64,000 bases of DNA, from NCBI RefSeq assembly GCF_963921235.1, contig NC_086097.1, forward strand, positions 220,288,001 through 220,352,000, given 5' to 3'. The notes beneath the pieces were generated by a model that did not search any database, was not told the DNA's origin, and saw only the letters and a list, made by a program, of their open reading frames with translations. This DNA is from Mobula hypostoma (taxonomy: Eukaryota). The number at the start of each line of letters is the position of its first letter. The stretch's first letter is position 1. This document shows positions 24,064-35,989 of the stretch, piece after piece. A program made the position numbers and the translations under genes.

Positions 24064-24494
24064 CAGTGGTGCAATGCTAGCTGGAGCGCACCAGAGCGCG
24101 CCCGGCACATCTTTAAGAAAAAAGCCGAAATAAACAAGCTAATTAATTAGGTTCCACCCAGGGTGATTTCAGTATCTCAGAAACTGCCGATCTCCTGAGA
24201 TTTTTACGCACAACAGACTCTGGAGTTTACAAAAAACAAAAAAAATCCAGCGAGTGGCTGTTCTGTGAGCGAAAACATCTTGTTAAATCCACTCGCGGGA
24301 TTTTTTTTGTTTTTGGCACCATTCTTTGTAAACTCCAGAGTCAGTTGTGTGTAAAAATCCCAGGAGATCAGCAGTTTTTGAGATACTCAAATCACCCTGG
24401 GTGGCACCTAATTAATTAGCTTGTTTATTTCGGCTTTTTTCTTAAAGATGTGCCAGACGCACTCCGGTACGCTCCAGCTAGCACTGCACCACTG
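24064..24494. mobile_element. Fold-back MITE with 8-bp TSD (hAT-type); arms contain Tc1 transposase sequence
   Basis: Perfect TSD CCCACACT at 24056-24063 and 24495-24502; termini CAGTGGTGCA / TGCACCACTG; inverted arms of about 195 bp around a spacer of about 30 nt. Confidence 0.9.
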
Positions 24495-25242
24495 CCCACA
24501 CTGAGGGAGTAGGGAATTGCCAGTAACCAATCACCCATTCAGTACATTTTTAGGATATGAGAAGTAATCGAAACAACCATCCAAACCCACAAGGTCACAG
24601 GGAAAACATGCAAACTCCACACCAAGAGCAACTGAGGTCAGTGTCAAACCCAAGAGCTTTAAGGCAGTGGTGCAAATGGGACAAGTTCAGTTGAGTTTGA
24701 TCCTCAAACTTAAATAGTGCTTCTTTCAAATAGTGTAAAAGCTGGCTTGGTTGGAGTGGTTTAGAGAATTGAAGTGACAAGTGACTGGATGCCTGTAGTC
24801 ATGTCTGAAGAATAAAGAGAGGTGGCTAATAAAATGGTTGATCATCTACTTTTGGTCTCTCCAATGCTGACGGGGAAGATCAAAGGAGCAAATACGTCCT
24901 CTCTGTTAGTTGTGTGGAACAGGCCATTGAAGAGGAGTGAATATTGATAGGATTAGAATGTCGCAGAGGGAATCCTCACTTTGAAACACTGAGAAGAGAA
25001 ACAAATAAGGTGCATCTGATTGTCTTATGGAAGATTGATTGATTGTGAAACACCGCTGGACTCAATACTAAAGGACTATTGAAGCATTCGGTTTAATTCT
25101 GGTTTTGACTCCACAGATGCTACCTAATCTGGCAAGTGTTTCCAGTAATTCTGCTTCTATTTCAGAATCAAGCATCAATAGCACTTTGCACAAGATAACA
25201 TAAGAAAGCAAATCTTCACAGAAGGTATAAAAGAAACAGAGT

Positions 25243-26005
25243 CATAGAAAACATAGAAAATAGGTGCAGGAGTAGGCCATTCGGTCCTTCGAGCCTGCAC
25301 CGCCATTTATTATGATCATGGCTGATCATCCAACTCAGAACCCTGCACCAGCCTTCCCTCCATACCCTCTGATCCCCCTAGCCACAAGGGCCATATCTAA
25401 CTCCCTCTTAAATATAGCCAATGAACTGGCCTCAACTGTTTCCTGTGGCAGAGAATTCCACAGATTCACCACTCTCTGTGTGAAGAAGTTTTTCCTAATC
25501 TCAGTCCTAAAGGGCTTCGCCTTTATCCTCAAACCGTGACCCCTCGTTCTGGACTTCCCCAACATCGGGAACAATCTTCCTGCATCTAGCCTGTCCAATC
25601 CCTTTAGGATTTTATATGTTTCAATCAGATCCCCCCTCAATCTTCTAAATTCCAACGAGTACAGGCCTAGTTCATCCAGTCTTTCTTCGTATGAAAGTCC
25701 TGCCATCCCAGGAATCAATCTGGTGAACCTTCTTTGTACTCCCTCTATGGCAAGGATGTCTTTCCTCAGATTAGGGGACCAAAACTGCACACAATACTCC
25801 AGGTGTGGTCTCACCAAGGCCTTGTACAACTGCAGTAGTATCTCCCTGCTCCTGTACTCGAATCCTTTTGCTATAAATGCCAGCATACCATTCGTCTTTT
25901 TCACCACCTGCTGTACCTGCATGCCCACTTTCAATGACTGGTGTATAATGACACCCAGGTCTCATTGCACCTCCCCTTTTCCTAATCGGCCACCATTCAG
26001 ATAAT
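25243..26005 (-). mobile_element. CR1 LINE 3' fragment
   Basis: ORF 25335-25934, intact CR1 C-terminus; tail CATAGAAAACATAGAAAATAG on the + strand. Confidence 0.95.
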
Positions 26006-26667
26006 AAGAAAAGTATAGAAAAGTATAGCACAGAAAAAGGCATTTAGCCCATCTAGTCTGTGCTGAACTATTTAAACAGGCTACTCCCATCAACCTGCAC
26101 CCGGACCATAGCCCTCCATACCGCAACCTTCTGGTACCTTCTTCTGCGAAAGGTGAGATTGCTGGATAAACTGAAATACTCAACACTGAGGATAACATCT
26201 CAGCACATCAAGGGATATTAGTCTGATAAATGAAGCTGAGATGCAGGCCAGCCTCAGACCAATTTAAATCTTGATTGGCTTATGTAGAGAAATGTAGTTG
26301 TGATGATGACAGTATTCATGAGGAGAAAGAGGAGGGCTGAAGGACTTACTTCCTTTGTGTACATTCTTTGACACAGTGAATTCTCTGAGAGATAAAGGGA
26401 AAAGGTAGTGGGGGAGGGGGCATAGAGACAGAAGAGAGTGGTTACCAGAAATTAGAGATTTCAATGGTGAATTATAATAAAAAAATATCAGCCTAAAATG
26501 TTGAAAGTTCATTTCCCTGCATAAGTGCTGCCTGACCTCCTGAGTTTCTCCAGCATTTTCTGTGGGTTGCTCCAGTTTGCCAGCATCTGCAGAACCTCTT
26601 GTCTCTCCAGTGCAAGAATGTAATCCCTTAAATGGGAAGAACAAAGCTACACACTGTATGTTGGCAA

Positions 26668-27498
26668 ATGAAGAACGATGTTGGAAAGTATATGGTTATG
26701 CACTTTGGCAGAAGAAATAAACGGGCAGACTATTATTTAAATGGGGAAAGAATTCAAAGTTCTGAGATGCAACGGGACTTGGGGAGTCCTCGTACAGGAT
26801 ACCCTTAAGGTTAACCTCCAGGTTGAGTCATTAGTGAAGAAAGTGAATGCAATGTTGGCATTCATTTCTAGAGGAATAGCGTATAGGAGCAGGGATGTGA
26901 TGTTGAGGCTCTATAAGGCGCTGGTGAGACCTCACTTGGAGTACTGTGGGCAGTTTTGGTCTCCTTATTTAAGAAAGGATGTACTGACGTTGGAGACGTA
27001 CAGAGAAGATTGACTAGAATGATTCCCGGAATGAGAGGGTTAACATATGAGGAACGTTTGTCCGCTCTTGGACTGTATTCCTTGGAGTTTAGAAGAATGA
27101 GGGGAGACCTCATAGAAACATTTCGAATGTTGAAAGGCATGGATAGAGTGGATGTGGCAAAGTTGTTTCCCATGATGGGGGAGTCTAGTATGAGAGGGCA
27201 TGACTTAAGGATTGAAGGGTGCCCATTCAGAACAGAAATGCGAAGGAATTTTTTTAGTCAGAGGGTGGTGAATCTATGGAATTTGTTGCCACGGACGGTA
27301 GTGGAGGCTAAGTCATTGGGTGTATTTAAGGCAGAGATTGATAGGAATCTGAGTAGCCAGGGCATCAAAGGTTATGGTGAGAAGGCGGGGGAGTGGGACT
27401 AAATGGGAGAATGGATCAGCTCATGATAAAATGGCGGAGCAGACTCGATGGGCTGATTGGCCGACTTCTGCTCCTTTGTTTTATGGTCTTATGGTCTG
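26668..27498 (+). mobile_element. CR1 LINE 3' fragment
   Basis: ORFs 26741-27013 and 26956-27402; tail TTATGGTCTTATGGTCT. Confidence 0.93.
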
Positions 27499-27987
27499 AT
27501 GTGATCTCAAATATACAGTATAATTGTAGCAAGACTTTCCTACCTTTGTATGCAACTCTCTTAACAATAATGATCAACATTATATTTCCTCCCCTAATCA
27601 ATCAACCTCTTTATGAGAACTTGCACTTTATTGGCTACCTGCACGGCACTTTCTCTGTAGCTGTCACACTTCATTCTGCACTCTGTTATTGTTCTACCTT
27701 GTTCTATCTCAATGCACTGTGCAACGATCTGATCTGTGTGAACAGTGTGCAAGAAAAACTTTCGATGTACCTTTGACAATAATACCAATTCCATTTCCAG
27801 TTCTGCATTCTCACTGTGTTTCATCTGCTTCATACACCCATATCCCCCTGTAAAACAACATTTGGCAATCATGCTTCATCTAAACTATTATACTCTTTTC
27901 AATCCTTCCTGAAAAAGCGGGGGCAACCTCTCATTTCTCCACATTACACTTCTCTGCCAATGTTTATTCCCTCACTTAATCTACCTA

Positions 27988-28512
27988 CATTCAGTGGCGA
28001 CTTGATTAGGTACACCTGCATACCCGCTTGGTAAGTAAATATCTAATCAGCCAATCATGTGGCAGCAACTCAATGCATAAAAGCATGCAGACATGGTCAA
28101 GAAGTTCATTTGTCATTCAGACCAAATATCGTAATGGGGAAGAAATGTGATCTAAGTAACTTTGACCTTGGAATAATTGTTGGTGCCAGATGGGGAGGAT
28201 TGAGTATCTCAGAAACTGCTGAATTCTTAGGAGTTTCACGTAGCTGTTTCTAGAGTTGACAGAGAATGATACAAAAAACAAAAATTATCAGTGGTTCAAG
28301 CTGACAGGAAGGTGACAGTAACTCAAACAACCACGTGCTACACCAGTGGTGTGCAGAAGAGCATCTCTGAATGCTCAGCATGTTGAACCTTTGAAGTGGA
28401 TGGGCAACAACAGCAGAAGGCCACAAACGTACACTCAGTGGCCATTTTGTTAGGTTTCTCCTGTATCTAACACCCTGTACCTTCTACACCTAATAAAGGT
28501 GGCAACTGGGTG
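27988..28512 (+). mobile_element. Non-autonomous Tc1/mariner element
   Basis: TA-flanked TIRs (CATTCAGTGGCGACTTGATTAGGTACAC ... CACCTAATAAAGGTGGCAACTGGGTG); transposase N-terminus MGKKCDLSNFDLGIIVGARWGGLSISETAEFLGVSR. Confidence 0.85.
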
Positions 28513-28599
28513 TATATTGCCTAATATCCCTTTCAAACTCTGTAGCTTCTGTACAACTACTTTTCCATCTATCTTTGTATGGTCAGAAAATACGGTTAC

Positions 28600-29280
28600 A
28601 GTATAATTAGTAACATTTATTCATCCGTTACCTCCTATTTATCCCCATGCTGATTTCTGTAAATTAACCAATTCATTTAATTAGCATGAGCTCTATTAAT
28701 TAGTAAGCAATAATCTTTTATTTGGTACTTCAACACCTTCTAAAAATCGAGATACATTGCATAGACAGATGTCAGCTTAATTGACCTGTATTTTCCTGTT
28801 TTCTGTCTCCTTTCTTGAATAGGGACAATACATTTGCAGTTTTCCAATCCACTGGGACATTTCCAGAATCCAGGGAACTTTGGAAGATCACAATCAATAC
28901 ATCCTCTCTTTCTGCATCCACTACTTTTAAGACCCTTGGATGAAATCTATCACACCCAGGGGACTTGTCAGCCTTTAGTCCCATTAGTTTGCCTGATAGC
29001 TTTTCTCTTGTGACAGTAATTGTTTTAAGTTCTTCCCTCGCCCAGTTTTCCTACATGTATTGGCATGAATTTACATCTTCTTCCATGGACGTGGATAAGA
29101 AATGTTTGTTTACAGTCCCTCCTAATTCCTAACTTTCCAAATTAATTCTCCACATTACCTGCTAAAGGACTAACAATTTATCTGATCTCTTTTTATATAC
29201 TGCACTTGGAGAAAATATTTCAGTTTACTATATTTCTTAGCTAGTTTATTCTCATCATCTACCTTCAGCTATTTATTATA
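28600..29280 (-). mobile_element. Old CR1 ORF2 fragment
   Basis: LKADKSPGCDRFHPRVLK...VPVDWKTANVLSLFKKG (28772-28984). Confidence 0.8.
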
Positions 29281-29624
29281 TTCTTAATTGTACTCTTACT
29301 TTATTGTGTTACTTATTCTTATTCCACTTTCCCCCCTAATCCTCTCCTCTTTTCAGTTGCAATGAAATAATCCATGCAATTGTGAATTGACCCAACAGGC
29401 ATCTTAATTGCAGCAATCTGCTGGAGGAATTTAGTAGGTCCAGCAGCACCTCCTTGGGGAAAGGAATTGTTGATATTTCATGTCAAAATCCTGCTTCAGG
29501 ACTGATAATCAAATAACTTCCTTCTCCAGTTCTTAATTATTCAATATGAGGTTAATTCCTCAGTTCATACAGAAAAGTAACAGGTTGAATCACTAGCCTG
29601 TCCTTCAGTTGGGGTGATTGTAAG

Positions 29625-30500
29625 TGTTGTGTATTTTATATTCAAGTAATATTTGAGTTACCTTGTATTTATAGATTCAAGATTCAAGTACATTTATTAA
29701 AAGAATGTATAAATTGTACAACCTTGAGATTCGCTTGCTCACAGGTAGCCACAAAGCAAGAAACCCGAAAGAACCCAGTTAAAGAAAAAAAATTAAATTA
29801 AAAGTAAAAGACCAACACTCAATGCGCAAGAGGAATTTTAAAAAATACAAGTCCTGCAAACAATTGAAGAACAGTATTTCAAACCGAAAATGAGTCCTCA
29901 AGTCTGAACCCCAGATCAGCCCAGAGTAGACCCAAAGCCTCCCTTATCAGTTTATCATATTAGCCAGCATGAAGCACAGCAGCCGGGGCAGTCTTCTTAG
30001 CCTCAGCGCTATGGAGATGACCATTGCAGTGAACGAGTGAAATTGGCTCCCGTCCTGACCGACACCCTGTCTTTTCAGTCAATTTGGGCCGGCATTTAAA
30101 TTGACCCAACTACAGAACAGCAAAAGGTTCCAGTGCCCGAGAGAGAGGAGTAAACATCAGTTTTCCCCTCCGATCTGGGCCGGTGTTTAAATTGTCTAAA
30201 CAACGCCTTGTAGCTCGCACTAGGACTCAGGCACCGCTGCTACAAAGGGCCCCAGGCTGAGACCATGTCGCCCAGGAACTCTCTCTGTTGATAAAGCATT
30301 ATAGGTTGATTAAGCATTCTTGTTTGTTTAAATAATTAATTACAACTTGTATGTAAAACTATGTTAATTGCAGGCGTCATCACACTGCCACATGATACAT
30401 GCACACCCTGCTTAAAGTAAACCCAAAGTTAAACTCTCATTTCGGACTCCTACATCTTCCTTCAAATCAGTTTAATGTTTTGAAGTTACAAAACGTTACA
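29625..30500 (+). mobile_element. Gypsy-type solo LTR, interrupted by a minus-strand LINE-tailed element (about 29672-30290)
   Basis: Starts TGTTGTGTATTTTATATT and ends GTTACAAAACGTTACA, resembling the LTR at 42401-42631; flanks GTAAG / GTGGG. Confidence 0.65.
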
Positions 30501-30759
30501 GTGGGAGAGCCCATTGCCAGTAATTCCCAACAAAACTTTCTGGATATGCAAAATTCTTCCCAGTTTTGTCCAAAGAATTGCTTCCACAATTCAGTATCAT
30601 CAGCTACAAAGAAAATGGAAGTAAGAATGGGAGGAGTTGCTAAATGCAGGAAGGATAAGGGAAAGAGAAATACACACATTTCCATCTTTAGATTCCATTG
30701 CTTTCCCAGGAATTTCCAGATTTGCATTTTGAAATGGGTTTACAAGTCTCTTACAGAAC

Positions 30760-31075
30760 ATTTCATTATTTTTCAGTGTTTTTTTAAGTGTAAGCTCCAT
30801 AAATTGCAGTGCATGAGTTCCATGGTACCAGCCGAATACTTCATTAGCCAAGAGATGTGTTTACCGATTTGCTCACAGCATGCTTACAAACAGAAATGTA
30901 ATAAGGAGCAGATAACCTTTTTCAGAAATGTTGATTGAGAGATTAACATTGGGTAGGACACAGCAGATGATTCTCCTTTTCTTCTTAAAATAAAGCTGAG
31001 GCATCTTTTACTTCAAGAGCTTGATTTGCTGAAAGATGTGCCCTCCTGTAGTGCAGCATTCCCTCACAATGAGAG
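30760..31075 (-). mobile_element. Deu-domain SINE (SacSINE1-like), old
   Basis: Reverse complement GTAAAAGATGCCTCAGCTTTATTTTAAGAAGAAAAGGAGAATCATCTGCTGTGTCCTACCCAATGTTAATCTCTCAATCAACAT...TGTTTGTAAGCATGCTGTGAGCAAAT. Confidence 0.55.
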
Positions 31076-31740
31076 TGTGGGGAGGGGAGAGAGGGAGGGA
31101 GAGTGGGTGAGTGGGAGAGGGAGGGGGGATATAGGGAGGGAAAGAGGGAGAGGGAGGCTAAGATAGATAGATAGATAGACATACCTTATTGATCCCGAGG
31201 GAAATTGGGTTTCGTTACAGTTGCACCAACCAAGAATAGAGTATAAATATAGCAATATAAAACCATAAATAATTAAATAATGATATGTAAATTATGCCAG
31301 ATGGAAATAAGTCCAGGACCAGCCTATTGGCTCAGGGTGTCTGACCCTCCAAGGGAGGAGTTGTAAAGTTTGATGGCCACAGGCAGGAATGACTTCCTAT
31401 GACGCTCTGTGTTGCATCTCGGTGGAATGAGTCTCTGGCTGAATGTACTCCTGTGCCCACCCAGTACATTATGTAGTGGATGGGAGACATTGTCCAAGAT
31501 GGCATGCAACTTGGACAGCATCCTCTTTTCAGACACCACCGTCAGAGGCTCCAGTTCCATCCCCACAACATCACTGGCCTTACGAATGAGTTTGTTGATT
31601 CTGTTGGTGTCTGCTAAGAGGGAGAAAGGCAGGGAGGGAGAGAGGAAGAAGGTGAAAGGGAGAGGGCAAGAGGGAGAGGAGAGGGAGAGGGGGAGGGTGA
31701 GAGGGAGAGAGACAGTGAAAGGGTGAGGGAAAAAGAGAAT
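31075..31740. repeat. GA-rich purine tract, split by a Rex1 insertion
   Basis: GGGAGAGAGGGAGGG-type runs at 31075-31160 and 31615-31740. Confidence 0.85.
31164..31612 (-). mobile_element. Rex1/Babar LINE 3' fragment, young
   Basis: Intact C-terminus TNRINKLIRKASDVVG...HPLH...RCNTERHRKSFLPVAIKLYN; (CTAT)n tail; TSD GCTAAGA at 31157-31163 and 31613-31619. Confidence 0.9.
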
Positions 31741-31776
31741 AAATAGATTTTCAATGGTATTATAAATCAACCCCTC

Positions 31777-34700
31777 TGTAACTGTCTCAGACACACATTT
31801 CATTGAGATAATTATTTTAGATGTTTTTGTCATAAATTCGTGATTATTTTATCACTTTAAAATATTTTATGTAAGGTTTTATTTAATGTAGAGTGTAACA
31901 GGTCACATGACCATAGTTTAATAAAAGCATGACTGTGGCATTATGGGTCAGAACCAGCATGGAAGCAGAGAAAGACACATGGCCCTAAAATAACCTCATT
32001 CTGCATGTGGTCCAAGAGGCGCACATGGTAATTGTTTTTTTTATTTGTTTTATATAATGTTGTTGATGTGCCTTTACGTGGACAGTGTGATACGTTTTAA
32101 CATAGAACATAGAATAGTACAGCACAGTACAGGCCCTTTGGCCCACAATGTTGTGCCGACCCTCAAACCCTGCCTCCCATATAACCCCCCACCTTAAATT
32201 CCTCCATATACCTGTCTAGTGGTCTCTTAAACTTCACTAGTGTATCTGCCTCCACCACTGACTCAGGCAGTGCATTCCACGCACCAACCACTTTCTGAGT
32301 GAAAAACCTTCCTCTAATATCCCCCTTGAACTTCCCACCCCTTACCTTAAAGCCATGTCTGCTTGTATTGAGCAGTGGTGCCCTGGGGAAGAGGCGCTGG
32401 CTGTCCACTCTATCTATTCCTCTTAATATCTTGTACACCTCTATCATGTCTCCTCTCATCCTCCTTCTCTCCAAAGAGTAAAGCCCTAGCTCCCTTAATC
32501 TCTGATCATAATACATACTCTCTACACCAGGCAGCATCCTGGTAAATCTCCTCTGTACCCTTTCTAATGCTTCCACATCCTTCCTATAGTGAGGCGACCA
32601 AAACAGGACACAGTACTCCAAGTGTGGCCTAACCAGAGTTTTATAGAGCTGCATCATTACATCGTGACTCTTAAACCCTATCCCTCGACTTATGAAAGTT
32701 AACACCCCGTAAGCTTTCTTAACTACCCTATCCACCTGTGAGGCAACTTTCAGGGATCTGTGGACATGTACCCCGAGATCCCTCTGCTCCTCCACCCTAC
32801 CAAGTATCCTGCCGTTTACTTTGTACTCTGCCTTGGAGTTTGTCCTTCCAGAGTGTACCACTTCACACTTCTCCGGGTTGAACTCCATCTGCCACTTCTT
32901 AGCCCACTTCTGCAACCTATCAATGTCTCTCTGCAATCTTCGACAATCCTCTACACTATCTACAACACCACCAACCTTTGAGTCATCTGCAAACTTGCCA
33001 ACCCACCCTTCTACCCCCAAATCCAGGTCGTTAATAAAAATCACGAAAAGTAGAGGTCCCAGAACAGATCCTTGTGGGACACCACTAGTCATGATCCTCC
33101 AATCTGAATGTACTCCCTCCACCACCACCCTCTGCCTTCTGCAGGCAAGCCAATTCTGAATCCACCTGGCCAAACTTCCCCGGATCCCATGCCTTCTGAC
33201 TTTCTGAATAAGCCTACCGTGTGGAACCTTGTCAAATGCCTTACTAAAATCCATATAGATCACATCCACTACACTACCCTCATCTATATGCCTGGTCACC
33301 TCCTCAAAGAACTCTATCAGGCTTGCTAGACATGATCTGCCCTTCACAAAGCCATGCTGACTGTCCCTGATCAGACCACAATTCTTTAAATGCCCAGAGA
33401 TCCTATCTCTAAGAATCTTTTCCAACATTTTCCCACCACAGACGTAAGGCTCACTGGTCTATAATTAACCGGACTATCCCTACGACCTTTTTTGAACAAG
33501 GGAACAACATTCGCCTCCCTCCAATCTTCCAGTACCATTCCCGTGGAAAACAAGGACATAAATATCCTAGCCAGAGGCTCAGCAATCTCTTCCCTCACTT
33601 CGTGGAGCAGCCTGGGGAATATTCCGTCAGGCCCCGGGGACTTATCTGTCCTAATGTATTTTAACAACTCCAACACCTCCTCTCCCTTAATATCAACATG
33701 CTCCAGAACATCAACCTCACTCATATTGTCCTCACCATCATCAAGTTCCCTCTCATTGGTGAATACCGAAGAGAAGTATTCATTGAGGACCTCGCTCACT
33801 TCCACAGCCTCCAGGCACATCTTCCCACCTTTATCTCTAATCGGTCCTACCTTCACTCCTGTCATCCTTTTGTTCTTCACATAATTGAAGAATGCCTTGG
33901 GGTTTTCCTTTACCCTACTCGCCAAGGCCTTCTCATGCCCCCTTCTTGCTCTTCTCAGCCCCTTCTTAAGCTCCTTTCTTGCTTCCCTATATTCCTCAAT
34001 AGACCCATCTGATCCTTGCTTCCTAAACCTCATGTATACTGCCTTCTTCCACCTGACTAGATTTTCCACCTCACTTGGCACCCATGGTTCCTTCACCCTA
34101 CCATTCTTTATCTTCCTCACCGGGACAAATTTATCCCTAACATCCTGCAAGAGATCTCTAAACATCGACCACATGTCCATAGTACATTTCCCTGCAAAAA
34201 CATCATCCCAATTCACACCCGCAAGTTCTAGCCTTATAGCTTCATAATTTGCCCTTCCCCAATTAAAAATTTTCCTGTCCTCTCTGATTCTATCCTATTC
34301 CATGATAATGCTAAAGGCCAGGGAGCGCTGGTCACTGTCCCCCAGATGCTCAGCCACTGAGAGATCTGTGACCTGACCCGGTTCATTACCTAGTACTAGA
34401 TCGAGTATGGCATTCCCCCTAGTCGGCCTGCCCACATACTGTGACAGGAATCTGTCCTGGACACACTTAACAAACTCTGCCCCATCTAAACCCTTGGAAC
34501 TAATCAGGTGCCAATCAATATTAGGGAAGTTAAAGTCACCTATGATAACAACCCTGTTATTTTTGCACCTTTCCAAAATTTGCCTCCCAATCTGCTCCTC
34601 TGTATCTCTGCTGCTACCAGGGATCCTATAGAATACCCCCAATAGAGTAACTGCTCCCTTCCTGTTCCTGACTTCCACCCGTACTGACTCAAAAGAGGAT

Positions 34701-35678
34701 CCTGATTCATTACCCACCCTTTCTGTAGCTGTAATCGTATCCCTGACCAGTAATGCCACCCCTCCTCCCCTTTTTCCGCCCTCTCTCTCCCTTTTAAAGT
34801 ACTGAAATCCAGGAATATTGAGAATCCATTCCTGCCCCGGTGCCAGCCAAGTCTCTGTAATGGCCACTACATGTATGTATCCAAGCTCTCAGTTCATCAC
34901 CTTTGTTTCTGATGCTTCTTGCATTGAGGTACACACATTTGAGCCCTTCTACCTTACTGTCTTTGCACCGTTTATTCTGCTTCTCTTTCCTCAAAGCCTC
35001 TCTGTATGTTAGATCTGGCTTTACTCCATGCACTTCTTTCACTGCTCTATCACTCTGGGTCCCATCCCCCTTGCAAATTAGTTTAAACCCTCCTGAACCA
35101 TGGTAGCAAACCTACCTGCAAGGATATTGCTCCGCCTCGAGTTCAGGTGCAACCCATCCAATCTGTACAGGTCCCACCTTCCCCAGAAGAGATCCCAATG
35201 ATCTAAAAATCTAAAACCCTGCTCCCTGTACCAACTCCTCAGCCACGCATTCAACTGCCATCTCCTCCAATTCTTACTGTCACGTAGCACTGGCAGCAAT
35301 CCTGAGAATGCCACCATTGAGGTCCTATTCTTCAGCCTTCTGCCTAGTTCCTGAAACTCACACTTCAGGACCTCATCCCTCTTCCTGCCTGTGTCGTTGG
35401 ACCCAACATGTATCACAACTTCTGGTTGCTTTTTAGTGATTTTATTTGATTTCAGCACACTTTTGTTGTGCAGACGTGTTTTGGGGCCGTTCATCGGCGG
35501 ACACTAGCTTGAGAGACTTTAAAAGACAGAAAGGTGTATGCTTCAGACTTTTTATGTCCTTTATTTTCTTGTAGTTTTCACGGTGTCTACTGAAGAAAGA
35601 GAGAGAGAAATAAAAATAAATCTTCAAGGACATCTGTATGTTGCGTAGCCATTATTTCATCGGATCGGTGCAGTTACA
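31777..35678 (+). repeat. BEL 5' LTR in two parts (31777-32099 and 35431-35678)
   Basis: Collinear with the 3' LTR once 32100-35430 is removed. Confidence 0.93.
32100..35430 (-). mobile_element. CR1 LINE, young: ORF1 3' part plus complete but frameshifted ORF2
   Basis: ORF1 VVIHVGSNDTGRK; APE LKCVYLNARSIRNK, AITETWL, GDFNFPNIDW, HLGDSDQ; RT KFADD in ORF 32163-33428; TTTTA at both junctions. Confidence 0.97.
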
Positions 35679-35989
35679 GTGAAAACGTGCAGCCAACATG
35701 GCCGAGAGTTCAAAGTAAGGAGCGCACGCCGCGTGACCGGGAAGAAGAGAGGGGGAAGTGCGATCGCTGGGGCAGCACGTGGCCGGAGAAGTCATTGGAA
35801 AAAAGGCTTGCCGATTCACGGGAGAAAACGGGAGTGTTTGCTCCTGACATCGTTGGGTTGAGAATATTTTCACCAAGGGGGAGCAACGTTTACCAGCGCA
35901 GGAAAGTGCGGCTCTGCAGACGCTGTCTGGAGAGTTGAATCCAGGAAATCTTCACGGGGGAAAAGAGTTATTCCCAAAAATGCTGGAGC

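Noticed and set aside
30399..30938. 179-aa plus-strand ORF
   Set aside because: Spans a solo-LTR end, unique DNA and a SINE; chance frame
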